A stretch of DNA of 64,000 nucleotides from an uncultured Chloroflexia bacterium (GTDB taxonomy: Bacteria > Chloroflexota > Limnocylindria > Limnocylindrales > CSP1-4), in NCBI GenBank assembly GCA_963763775.1, contig CAVXPZ010000003.1, positions 544,001 to 608,000 on the forward strand, read 5' to 3'. The position numbers and the translations under genes are program-made. Shown in pieces: positions 50,953 through 60,590 of this stretch. Numbering within the stretch: position 1 is the first letter of the stretch; every line of letters begins with the position of its first letter. The notes beneath the pieces are model-generated. The model saw nothing but the letters and a program-made list of their open reading frames with translations. It was not told the origin of the DNA and made no database searches.

Positions 50953-51939
50953 TCATGCGGCGTCGTCGAGACGGCGTTTGACGGTCTCGACGATCCGGTC
51001 GACCGACGGCAGCGCGAGGTCCTCGAGGGCGGCGGCCGACGGCAGCGGGATGTGCGGCGTCGTGATCCGCACGATGGGGGCGTCGAGGCTGTAGAAGCCC
51101 TCGTCGGCGACGATCGACGCGATCTCCGCACCCCAGCCGCACAGCCGCGGGTTCTCCTCGACCGTGAAGAGCCGGCTGGTCTTCTTGACCGAGGCGAGGA
51201 TCGTCGCCGTGTCGAGCGGGACGAGCGACCGGAGGTCGATGACCTCGGCGTCCACGCCGTGCTCGGCGGCGAGGCGTTCGGCGGCCTCGAGGGCCTTTGG
51301 CACCATCGCCGCCAGCGCGACGATCGTCACGTCCGACCCCGCGCGACGGATCTTCGCCGTCCCGAGCGTGTCGACCACTTCGCCGTCGGGGACCTCGCCC
51401 TTGATGGCGAAGAGCGCCTTGTGCTCGCAGAAGATGACCGGGTCCGGGTCGCGTACGGCCGCCGCCATGAGCCCGACGACGTCGGCCGGCGTGGACGGCG
51501 CCACGACCTTGAGACCCGGGATGGCCATCGCCCAGTTCTCGACGCTCTGGCTGTGCTGGGCGCCGAACCGCAGGCCGGCGCCGTTGGCCGTCCGCAGCAC
51601 GATCGGGATCGACACCTGGCCGTCGGTCATGTAGCGGGTCTTGGCGATCTGGTTGATGACCATGTCCCAGGTGACCGCGAAGAAGTCGCTGAACATCAGC
51701 TCGGCGATCGGCCGCAGCCCGGTCATCGCCGCGCCCATCGCCGCCCCCACGATGGCCTGCTCGCTGATCGGGGTGTCGCGGACACGCGTCGCCCCGAATT
51801 CGTCGAAGAGGCCCTCGGTCAGCTTGAAGACGCCGCCGGCCGCACCGACATCCTCGCCGATGAGGACGACGCTGGGGTCGCGGCGCATCTCCTGGGCGAT
51901 GCCCGCGGCGATCGCGCCGCGGTACGTCAATTCCGCCAT
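50953..51939 (-). CDS. 2-oxoacid/acetoin dehydrogenase E1 beta subunit
   Basis: IGEDVG, DTPISEQ, AQHSQ, IDLRSL; own ATG at 51939. Confidence 0.92.
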   Translation of the reverse strand: MAELTYRGAIAAGIAQEMRRDPSVVLIGEDVGAAGGVFKLTEGLFDEFGATRVRDTPISEQAIVGAAMGAAMTGLRPIAELMFSDFFAVTWDMVINQIAKTRYMTDGQVSIPIVLRTANGAGLRFGAQHSQSVENWAMAIPGLKVVAPSTPADVVGLMAAAVRDPDPVIFCEHKALFAIKGEVPDGEVVDTLGTAKIRRAGSDVTIVALAAMVPKALEAAERLAAEHGVDAEVIDLRSLVPLDTATILASVKKTSRLFTVEENPRLCGWGAEIASIVADEGFYSLDAPIVRITTPHIPLPSAAALEDLALPSVDRIVETVKRRLDDAA

Positions 51940-52929
51940 CGGGAGCCTCCGTCGGTCCACAGCTGGGTCTCGAGCACGTCCGGCGACGGCTCCGGCGCGG
52001 CGCGCGCCTCGGCTTCGGCGGCGGCGACCGCGGCGTGCGTCTCCTCGTCGATCGCGTCGAGGACGGCCGTCGTCGACGCCGGCGGCCTCGAGGGCCGCCC
52101 GGTACGCCGGGATCGGGTCCTTCGCCTTCCAGGCCGCGACCTCCTCGTCCGGCCGGTACTTGCCGGGATCAGCCCGCGAGTGCCCGCCGTGCCGATAGGT
52201 GATCGCCTCGATGAGCGCCGGCCCGCCGCCCGCCCGCGCCCGGTCGATCGCGGTCTTCGCGACCCGGTAGACGGCGTCGGCGTCGTTGCCGTCGACGATG
52301 ATCGACTCGAGGCCGTAGGCGGACGCGCGGTCCGCGGCCGGGTGCTCGACCGCCGTCACGTCGCGGATCGCGGTGTACTCCATGTACTGGTTGTTCTCGC
52401 AGACGAAGACGACCGGGGCCTTCCACACCGCCGCCATGTTCAACGCCTCGTGGAACGCGCCGATGTTCGTCGTGCCGTCGCCGAAGAAGCAGGTCGCGAC
52501 CTGGCCGGACCCGCGGTACTGCGCGGACCATGCGGCGCCGAGCGCGATCGGCAGGTGCGCCCCGACGATGGCGTACGACCCCATCGCGCCGTGCTCGACG
52601 CTGGTCAGGTGCATCGACCCGCCCTTGCCGCCGAGGAGGCCGGTCGCCCGGCCGAAGAGCTCGGCGAAGATCGGGGCCATCGGCACGCCCCGGGCGAGCG
52701 TGTGGTTGTGCCCGCGGTACGTGCAGAACGTGTAGTCGTCGGCGCGCATCGCCGCGGCGACGCCCGCGGCGACCGCCTCCTGGCCGACGCCGAGGTGCGT
52801 GGTCCCGCGGACGAGGCCCTCGAAGAACAGCTCCTGCGCGCGCACCTCGAAGAAGCGGCACTCGACCATGGTCCGGTACATGCGGAGGCGGGTGTCGCGG
52901 TCGATCTCGGTGGGCGTGGCGGTCGCCAT
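51927..52929 (-). CDS. 2-oxoacid/acetoin dehydrogenase E1 alpha subunit (ThDP), frameshift near 52065
   Basis: GQEAVA, YRGH, GKGGSMH, GDG...ENNQY, TYRHGGHS. Shifted-frame C-terminus VLDAIDEE...LWTDGGSRWRN ends at 51927. Confidence 0.9.
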
Positions 52930-52939
52930 CGATGGACTC

Positions 52940-54175
52940 CTAGTACGCGTTGGCGACGAACAGCTCGTCCGACGGGAACTTCGTGAGGACGACCGGGCCG
53001 TCCGCGGTCACGACGACCTCCTCCTCGATGCGGGCGGCGGACACGCCGTCCTTGGCGGGGCAGTAGGTCTCGAGCGCGATGACCATGCCCTCCTTCAGCT
53101 CGACGGGGTGGTCGAGCGAGTTGAGCCGGCTGATGATCGGCCGCTCATGGAGGAACAGGCCCACGCTGTGGCCGAACTGGAGGCCGAAGCACTCCATCTC
53201 GTTGTCGAACCCGAAGTCCTGCGCCTTCGGCCAGACGCTGGCCACCTGGTCGGTGGTGACGCCCGGGCGCATCAGTTCGATGGAGGCGTCGATCCACTCG
53301 CGCGCCTGCTTGTAGGCGTCGCGCTGCGCGTCGTTCGCCCGGCCCACGTTGAACGTCCGGTAGTAGCAGGTCTTGTACCCGACGAAGGTCTGGATGATGT
53401 CGAAGAACGCCTGGTCGCCCGGCCGGATGAGGCGGTCGCTGAAGACGTGCGGATGGGGGCTGCAGCGCTCACCCGACACGGCGTTGATGTTGTCGACGTG
53501 CTCGGAGCCCTGGTCGAAGAGGTACTTGGTCACGTTCGCGACGAGCTCGTTCTCGCGGACGCCGGGCTTGAGCTGCTCGGCGATGAGCTGGTAGGCGCCG
53601 TCGACCATCGCGCACGCGGTGTTGAGCAGGATGATCTCGTCGATCGACTTGACCTCGCGGGCGTCGAGCATCACCTGCTGGCCGTCACGAACGGTGACGC
53701 CCGCCTCCGCAAGGGCGGCGGCCATCGGCGGCTCGATGATGTCCACCCCGAGCGGCATGTCGGCCACGCCCTCGGCCTTGAGGATCGCCGCGATCTCGCG
53801 CGCCGCCGCGCGGAACAGGCCCGCATCCGGGGCGACGGCGCCGCGCAGGCCGATCATCCCGGCATGGATGTTCTCCTGGCGCATCCACGGGCAGTGCAGC
53901 CGGTGGTGCTTCGCCGCGGACCCGAAGTCCCAGATGTGCGGATCGCCCCCTCGGGTCTGGAGCGCGTAGCGCGTCATCTTGTCGCGGGCCCACTCGCCGA
54001 TGTGGGTGCTCGTCACGTATCGGATGTTGTTGAAGTCGAACAGCAGGAGCGCACCGAGCTCCGACGCCGCCAGCGCCGCCCGAGCCCGCCCGAACCGGTA
54101 CTCGCGCAGCCGGTCGACGTTCCAGCGCTCCTCCCAGTCGACGTTCATCGAGCCGGGCGAGGCGAGTGGTGACAT
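52940..54175 (-). CDS. M24 (pita-bread fold) family hydrolase, creatinase/Xaa-Pro peptidase-like
   Basis: NNIRY, AREVKS, PHPH, FFDI, GYKTCYYRTF, FGHSVGLFLHE, LETY, RIEE. Confidence 0.88.
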   Translation of the reverse strand: MSPLASPGSMNVDWEERWNVDRLREYRFGRARAALAASELGALLLFDFNNIRYVTSTHIGEWARDKMTRYALQTRGGDPHIWDFGSAAKHHRLHCPWMRQENIHAGMIGLRGAVAPDAGLFRAAAREIAAILKAEGVADMPLGVDIIEPPMAAALAEAGVTVRDGQQVMLDAREVKSIDEIILLNTACAMVDGAYQLIAEQLKPGVRENELVANVTKYLFDQGSEHVDNINAVSGERCSPHPHVFSDRLIRPGDQAFFDIIQTFVGYKTCYYRTFNVGRANDAQRDAYKQAREWIDASIELMRPGVTTDQVASVWPKAQDFGFDNEMECFGLQFGHSVGLFLHERPIISRLNSLDHPVELKEGMVIALETYCPAKDGVSAARIEEEVVVTADGPVVLTKFPSDELFVANAY

Positions 54176-54294
54176 CACGACACGTACCCCAATGCTGATC
54201 GATCCATGAGGGGCTGAGCCCGCGGACGAGGAGGCGAGTTCATCCATGCTACACACGGAAGGTTTCGACCTGCGAGCCACAAGTGTGCGCTCAC

Positions 54295-54346
54295 GTTGCG
54301 CAACATTGCAATACGGCTTGACACGTGTTCACTGTCTCTACACACT
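54295..54346 (+). promoter_or_regulatory. Palindrome GTTGCGCAAC plus sigma70-like promoter (TTGACA-17-CACACT) of the sugar ABC operon
   Basis: AT-richer divergent intergenic region; TTGACA at 54318-54323. Confidence 0.5.
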
Positions 54347-54390
54347 CCCGGGATCGCGGGGGATGAGGCTGGAAACGTGAGGAGGGTCAC

Positions 54391-55512
54391 ATGCACGCAG
54401 CTCCGATCGGCAGGATCCGGCTGAAGAGACTGGCTGGCCTGCTCGCTGTCGCCACCGTGGCGTTGGCGGCCTGCAGCAGCGGGGCAGCGTCGACGGCTCC
54501 CTCGGCCGCAGCGCCCTCGGCCGCCGCGCCGAGCGCCGCGGCTCCATCCGCCGCCGAGACCCAGGCTGCCGTCCCGAGTGCCTCCCCCAAGACGCTCGAG
54601 ATCGCCTATCTGTCGTTCGCGGTCGCCAACAGCTATGACGCCCCGATGCTCGCCGCGGCGAAGGCCGCAGCCGCCGCCGGCAACGCGAACCTGACCGTGT
54701 TCGATGCGAACCTGAACCCGGCCGACCAGGTCAAGCAGCTCCAGGATGCCGTCGCCTCGGGCAAGTACGACGCGATCATCACCCAGCCGCTGTACGGCGC
54801 CGGGATGACCGAGGACGTCAAGAAGGCCATCGCCGCCGGGATCGCGGTCGGCAATATCGACCAGGTCCTGGGCAGCGACATGACGACCCCCGACTCGCAG
54901 GTCCCCGGCCTGAGCTCGAACGTCGCCTTCGTGCCGAGCGAGCTCGGCAAGAAGATCGGCAACCTCGTCGTCACCGCGTGTGCCGACCTCAAGTCCGACG
55001 CCGCCCACCCGTGCAATGTCGGCTACATCTGGTCGGTCAAGGCCGCCGCGCTCGACATCGCCCTCAAGAAGGCCTTCGATGAGGCCATCGCCAGCCACCC
55101 CGAGATCAAGGTCGTCTCCGACACCGGCGAGTCGTTCTACACGACGGCCCTCGGCCTGAAGGCCGCGCAGGACATCGTCGCGGCGCACCCGGACATCTCG
55201 GTCATCGTCAGCGCCGACCAGGCCATCACCGGCGCCGTCACCGCGGTCAAGGACATCAAGGACAAGGTCCGACTCGTCGGGTACGGCGGCGGCGCGGTCG
55301 CCCTCCAGGGCATCGCCTCCGGTGAGCGCTTCGGCACGGTCATGCAGATGCCCGCGACCGAGGGTGGTCAGGGCACGAAGGCCCTGATCGACGCGATCCG
55401 GTCGGGCACGCCGTCGCCCGGCGTCGACCCGCTCGCCTCGCTGCCGGATGGCGGCGTCGTGACCAAGGAGAACGTGGCGACCTTCCTGCCGCTCGCGGAG
55501 TGGCCGGGCTGA
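54391..55512 (+). CDS. Sugar-type (RbsB-like) ABC substrate-binding lipoprotein
   Basis: Lipobox LAAC, SAAAP linker repeats, periplasmic binding protein I fold motifs; GAGGAG RBS. Confidence 0.9.
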   Translation: MHAAPIGRIRLKRLAGLLAVATVALAACSSGAASTAPSAAAPSAAAPSAAAPSAAETQAAVPSASPKTLEIAYLSFAVANSYDAPMLAAAKAAAAAGNANLTVFDANLNPADQVKQLQDAVASGKYDAIITQPLYGAGMTEDVKKAIAAGIAVGNIDQVLGSDMTTPDSQVPGLSSNVAFVPSELGKKIGNLVVTACADLKSDAAHPCNVGYIWSVKAAALDIALKKAFDEAIASHPEIKVVSDTGESFYTTALGLKAAQDIVAAHPDISVIVSADQAITGAVTAVKDIKDKVRLVGYGGGAVALQGIASGERFGTVMQMPATEGGQGTKALIDAIRSGTPSPGVDPLASLPDGGVVTKENVATFLPLAEWPG

Positions 55513-55536
55513 GCCTGAACCCCACCGGCTGACACC

Positions 55537-57051
55537 GTGGCCAGCACGGCGGACGGCACCGTCCATCTCGAGGTGCGCGCGCTCGGCAAGTCCTTCGGGG
55601 CGACGCGCGCCCTCGACGATGTCTCGATCGCCGTCCGCTCTGGCTCGGTCCACGCGTTCGTGGGCGAGAACGGGGCGGGCAAGTCCACCCTGGGCAAGAT
55701 CGTCGCCGGCGTCTTCCCGCAGGATCAGGGCGACCTGTTGCTGCGGGGGACGACGGTGTCGTTCCGTTCTCCTCGCGAGGCGCTCGTTCGCGGCATCGCC
55801 CTGGTCGCCCAGGAGGTCGCCCTCGTCCCGAGGCTGACCGTGGCGGAGAACGTCTTCCTCGGCGCCGAGCCGAGGCGTGCCGGCTTCATCGACCGCGGCT
55901 CGCTCCGGGAGCGGTTCGACCGGCTGGTCGCGGATGCCGGCTTCGACCTTCGCGCCGGCACCGTCGTCGGCCGGCTACCCCTCGCGCAGCAGCAGCAGGT
56001 CGAGATCCTGCGCGCACTCGCGCGCGACGCCGACCTGATCGTCCTCGATGAGCCGTCGGCCAGCCTGTCGGCGACCGAGGTCGACCGGCTGCACGAGATC
56101 GTCCGCGGCCTCCGCGCCCGCGGTCACACGGTGATCCTCGTGTCGCACTTCCTCAACGAGGTCCTCGACCTGTCCGACGTCGTGACGGTCCTCCGCGACG
56201 GCCGGGTCGTCCGCACGACCCCGACGAGCGAGGAGTCGGAGGGCAGCCTCATCACGGGGATGCTCGGGCGACCGGCGAGCCGTGCCTACCCAGACAAGCG
56301 GCTGCCGCCCGCGGACGCACCGGTCGCCCTGTCGATCGACGGCCTGTCCGCGCCCGGCGTCGTGGATGCCACGTTGACGCTCCGGGCCGGCGAGATCGTC
56401 GGCCTGGCCGGACTCATCGGCGCGGGTCGCTCGGAATTGGCCCTGGCGATCTACGGCGCCAGCCAGGCGACCACGGGCGGCGTGCACGTCGGCGACGCGG
56501 CACTCGCCGGGCGACCCCGGGCGTCGATCGAGGCCGGCGTCGCCCTCATCCCGGAGTCGCGCAAGGACGACGGTCTGATCCTGCGGCGACCCATCCGCGA
56601 GAACGTCAGCCTCACGAGCCTGCGGCGCTTCGGCCGGTTCGGGTTCGTGCGTCGTGGTGCCGAGCGCGCGCAGGTCCGGACGGCCCTCGAGCAGGTCGAT
56701 GGGTCGCCGCTCCTCGAGGCGCCGGCCGGGTCCCTCTCGGGCGGCAATCAACAGAAGCTGCTGTTCGCCCGCGCGCTGCTCATCGGACCCTCCGTCCTCA
56801 TCGCCGACGAGCCGACGCGCGGGATCGACGTCGGGGCCAAGCGCGACATCTACGAGGTCCTGGTGCGCCTGGCGTCGGACGGGATGGCGATCCTGCTCAT
56901 CTCGAACGAGCTCGAGGAGATCCTCGGGCTGTCCCATCGCGTGCTCGTGATGCGCGGCGGGCGACTCGTCGCCGAGCTGTCGGGTCCTGACATGACGGAG
57001 GAGGCCATCGTGAGCGCCGCGTTCGGCACGACCAGCCAGACCGCCGCATGA
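55537..57051 (+). CDS. Sugar ABC transporter ATP-binding protein (RbsA-like, two NBDs)
   Basis: GENGAGKST, LSGGNQQK, DEPTRGIDVGAK. Confidence 0.95.
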   Translation: MASTADGTVHLEVRALGKSFGATRALDDVSIAVRSGSVHAFVGENGAGKSTLGKIVAGVFPQDQGDLLLRGTTVSFRSPREALVRGIALVAQEVALVPRLTVAENVFLGAEPRRAGFIDRGSLRERFDRLVADAGFDLRAGTVVGRLPLAQQQQVEILRALARDADLIVLDEPSASLSATEVDRLHEIVRGLRARGHTVILVSHFLNEVLDLSDVVTVLRDGRVVRTTPTSEESEGSLITGMLGRPASRAYPDKRLPPADAPVALSIDGLSAPGVVDATLTLRAGEIVGLAGLIGAGRSELALAIYGASQATTGGVHVGDAALAGRPRASIEAGVALIPESRKDDGLILRRPIRENVSLTSLRRFGRFGFVRRGAERAQVRTALEQVDGSPLLEAPAGSLSGGNQQKLLFARALLIGPSVLIADEPTRGIDVGAKRDIYEVLVRLASDGMAILLISNELEEILGLSHRVLVMRGGRLVAELSGPDMTEEAIVSAAFGTTSQTAA

Positions 57052-58027
57052 GCGCGAGCGTGGGAGCCGACGGAGGTCACGGCGCCGCTGACCCGGCGAG
57101 CCGGCCGCATCGTCAGCCGGGCCGGGATCCTCATCCCGTTCCTGATCGCGTTCGTCGTGCTGGCCGTGATCAGTCCGCCGTTCCTGCGCTTCGGCAACCT
57201 GACGAACATCCTCGACCAGCAGGCCGGCATCATCATCGTCGCCTGTGCCGGGACGTTCGTGCTGATCGCCGGCGGGCATCGACCTGTCGATCGGCGCCAT
57301 CTACGGCCTGTCCGGCGCCGTGGCCCTGACGACCGCGTCCTCGATCTCCCCGGTGGCCGGGGTCATCGCAGGTCTTGCCGTCGGCCTCGCCGTCGGCCTC
57401 GCCAACGGGGTGATCGTCACGCAGTTCCGGATCAACCCGCTCATCGGGACGCTGGCGATGACGTTCGTGGTCAGCGGGATCGCGGCCATCGTGACCAAGG
57501 GCAACCTCGTCGTCGCCCTCGACCATCTCGACTTCCAGTCGTTCGCGGCGACCAAGATCGTGGGGATCTCCAGCGCGGCCTGGATCATGATCGTCATCGC
57601 GGTCCTGGCGGCGATCCTCCTGGGTCGGACCACGTTCGGCCGCTACGTCTATGCGACCGGCGGGAACGCACAGGCCGCTCGGCTCGGCGGCGTGCGGATC
57701 AATGCGGTCCGGGTCGCGACCTTCGCCCTGAGCGGGACGGCCGCGGCCCTGGCCGGGACCCTGGACGCCTCGCGGGTCCTGAGTGCCCAGGCCAGCAGCG
57801 GCCAGTTCCTGACGTTCACCGTCCTGACCGGGATCATCGTCGGCGGCACGAGCATCCTCGGCGGCGAGGGGACGATCGGACGGACCGTCCTCGGCTGCCT
57901 GTTCGTCGCGCTCATCGCCAACGGGTTCAACCTGCTCGGGCTCGATCCGTTCTACCAGCAGGTGACCCTGGGTGTCATCCTCCTGCTGGCGGTCGGGGTC
58001 GACGCCTGGTCGCGCCGGTTCGAGTAG
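57048..58027 (+). CDS. Sugar ABC transporter permease (RbsC-like), frameshift near 57275
   Basis: NLTNILDQ, GIDLS, TTFGRYVYATGGN, GGTSILGGEG. Confidence 0.9.
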
Positions 58028-58068
58028 CGCCTCCGGGCGTCCACCACCTCCAGCTAGCGAGCATCGAG

Positions 58069-59001
58069 ATGCACTACGTGGCTCAGGTCGACTGGTCCTT
58101 CGTCGACCATCCCGCCGCCCCGTCCGCCACCGCGGTCGGCGTCGCGCGTGCGCGTATCGTCGGACCGGAGCACGGCGCCGTCCACACCGACCTGTACGTG
58201 GGGGCGATGCACCCCGGAGGCTGGCTCGCGCCGCACGTCCACGCGTACGAGGAGGTCCTGTACGTCCTGGAAGGCACGCTGCTGGTCCAGAACGCCGAGG
58301 CCGTCTACCGCCTCGAGGCCGGCGACTACGCGCTCTTCCCGACCGCGACCCGGCATGCGCTCGCGAACACCGGCGATGGCATGGTCCGCTGGCTCTCGCT
58401 CAACTCACCGGTCAAGCTCGATGCGGCGAGCGGACGCAACGACACGTTCTTCGAACCCGCCCAGGACGTGGCGCAGATGGCGTCGATCGCCGTGCGGCCG
58501 CCCTTCGGCGACCCGACGCTGCGGTTCGTGGGCCACTACGAGGGGACGCCGCCCCAGCTCGAGGCGCTCGCCGTGAAGGACGCGGCGCGCGGCCGCGCCC
58601 CCGCCGGGATGGACACCGCGGTGATGGCCTACAGCGGGATCTCCGTGAAGATGATGGTCGACCGGGGGTTCGGAGCCGACCACGTGACGATGTTCACCGT
58701 CGACTACGAGCCCGGTGGCGCCGCCCAGGCCCACGACCATCCGTTCGAGGAGGCCTACTTCTTCCTCGCGGGCGAGATCGAGGGGGAACTCGACGGACAG
58801 CACTACACGCTGCGGGCGGGTGACATCGTCTTCGCGAGCACCGGTTCCGTCCACGGCTTCTACAACACGAGCGGCGAGCGAGTCCGCTGGATCGAGACCC
58901 AGGCGCCGCAGCCTCCCGCGCGGCACTCCTATCGATGGGTGACGAGCTGGGAGCGGTACGAGGCATCCCGCGCCGCGGGGCAGAAGGAGCGACATGGCTG
59001 A
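58069..59001 (+). CDS. Bicupin domain protein
   Basis: Two metal-type cupin motifs: HVHAYEE...RHAL and HDHPFEE...VHGF. Confidence 0.88.
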   Translation: MHYVAQVDWSFVDHPAAPSATAVGVARARIVGPEHGAVHTDLYVGAMHPGGWLAPHVHAYEEVLYVLEGTLLVQNAEAVYRLEAGDYALFPTATRHALANTGDGMVRWLSLNSPVKLDAASGRNDTFFEPAQDVAQMASIAVRPPFGDPTLRFVGHYEGTPPQLEALAVKDAARGRAPAGMDTAVMAYSGISVKMMVDRGFGADHVTMFTVDYEPGGAAQAHDHPFEEAYFFLAGEIEGELDGQHYTLRAGDIVFASTGSVHGFYNTSGERVRWIETQAPQPPARHSYRWVTSWERYEASRAAGQKERHG

Positions 59002-59695
59002 CCGCGGTGCGGTGGTGATCGTCGGTGGCACGCGCGCCATCGGGCTCGAGGTCGCGCGGCACTACGCGGACGCCGGGGAACCGGTCGTGCTCAGCGGGCG
59101 CGATCCGGCCAGCGTCGAGGCGGCTGTCGCGGACCTGGGCGGACGGGCGACCGGGCTGACGTTCGACCTGTCCGAGCCCGACACGATCGCGGCAGCGCTC
59201 GCGGGCGTCGGTCCGGTCCGGCGGCTGGTCCTCGCGGCCATCGATCGCGACCACAACTCCGTGGCCGACTACGACATCAGCCGGGCCATCCGCCTGGTCA
59301 CCCTCAAGCTCGTCGGCTACACCGAGACCGTGCACGCGTTGCGTGACCGGCTGACCGACGACGCGTCGATCGTCCTGTTCGGCGGCATGGCGAAGGAGCG
59401 GCCGTACCCCGGGTCCACGACGGTCACGACCGTCAACGGCGGCGTCGTCGGACTGACCCGGACACTGGTCGAGGAACTGCAGCCCCTGCGGACCAACTCG
59501 ATCCACCCCGGCGTCGTCGGCGACAGCCCGTACTGGGCGGAGAAGCCGGCCGCGGTCGAGAAGTACACGTCGCAGACGCCGATCGGCCGGCTCGCGAACA
59601 TGGCCGACATCGTCGGGGCGACGGTCTTCCTGCTCGAGAACCCGGCCGTGAACGGCGTGGACCTGATCGTCGACGGCGGGTGGCATTGCCGCTGA
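58994..59695 (+). CDS. SDR family oxidoreductase (atypical, no YxxxK)
   Basis: GGTRAIG, NSIHPG, VDGG. Confidence 0.88.
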   Translation: MADRGAVVIVGGTRAIGLEVARHYADAGEPVVLSGRDPASVEAAVADLGGRATGLTFDLSEPDTIAAALAGVGPVRRLVLAAIDRDHNSVADYDISRAIRLVTLKLVGYTETVHALRDRLTDDASIVLFGGMAKERPYPGSTTVTTVNGGVVGLTRTLVEELQPLRTNSIHPGVVGDSPYWAEKPAAVEKYTSQTPIGRLANMADIVGATVFLLENPAVNGVDLIVDGGWHCR

Positions 59696-59783
59696 TGGGC
59701 GACCGGCTCCGCACGACTCGCGTTCCTCCTATCCTTCGGGACGAGGACCACCTTCCCGGCAGGACCGGCATCTGAGGAGCACG

Positions 59784-60479
59784 GTGGCGAGATCGAGCGC
59801 CGGTCGCAACGGCGGGCCTGACTACTCGGAGATGGGTGAGCGCCTGCGCAGCGCCCGCCAGGCTCGACGGCTCTCCCTGCGCGTGCTCGCCAAGCGTCTC
59901 AGCGTCTCGCCGAGCATGATCTCGCAGATCGAGACCGGTCGCGCCAATCCGTCGGTGAGCACGCTCTATGCCATCGCCGACGAGCTGGACGTCTCGCTCG
60001 ACGAGCTGCTCTTCAACGACCGCCGAGCGTCGGAACCGCCGGCCGAGGCCACCACGAGGCCGGAAGCGGCCTCGGCCGGGACGATGACCGTCGCCGACCC
60101 CGTCCAGCGCGCCGGGGACCGCCACAGCATCCGGTTGGCCTCCGGCGTCCGCTGGGACCGTCTCACCACGTCGTCCGAGCCCGGCGTCGAGTTCCTGCAC
60201 GTCACCTACGAGGTCGGCGGCGCCTCCAGCCCGGAGGACGCCTACCAGCGCCACCCCGGTCACGAGTGGGGCTATGTCCTGAGCGGACGTCTCCAGGTGC
60301 GCATCGGCTTCGACGAGTACGTCCTGGACCCGGGCGATGCGATCTCGATCAACTCCTCGATCCCGCATCGGCTGGCCGTGATCGGCGATGCGCCCGTCGT
60401 CGCCATCTGGTTCGTGCTCGGACGGGTGCAGTTCGACGCACAGACCCTGATCGACGAGCACCGCAACGGCCTTGGGTGA
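59784..60479 (+). CDS. XRE family HTH regulator with cupin sensor domain
   Basis: SMISQIETGRANPSVSTL; HPGHEWGYVLSG...IPHRL. Confidence 0.9.
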   Translation: MARSSAGRNGGPDYSEMGERLRSARQARRLSLRVLAKRLSVSPSMISQIETGRANPSVSTLYAIADELDVSLDELLFNDRRASEPPAEATTRPEAASAGTMTVADPVQRAGDRHSIRLASGVRWDRLTTSSEPGVEFLHVTYEVGGASSPEDAYQRHPGHEWGYVLSGRLQVRIGFDEYVLDPGDAISINSSIPHRLAVIGDAPVVAIWFVLGRVQFDAQTLIDEHRNGLG

Positions 60480-60590
60480 CCTCTGCTCGGAGCGCCGGCG
60501 CCGGCCATCTTGACCTCGGGCCGCGCCCGGATGTGAGATGGTGCGCGCAGATCGACCCCTGAGCGGTCGACGAACCTAACAGGAGAGCCC

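Noticed and set aside
50953-52929. Apparent natural E1 alpha-beta fusion (658-aa ORF)
   Set aside because: The linker is Arg-rich nonsense. The neighbouring frame gives a normal alpha C-terminus ending at 51927 and beta has its own ATG at 51939, so one indel near 52065 explains it.
57157-59001. Permease-cupin fusion ORF (614 aa)
   Set aside because: A frameshift near 57275 moves the permease start into the cupin frame; the cupin has its own ATG at 58069.
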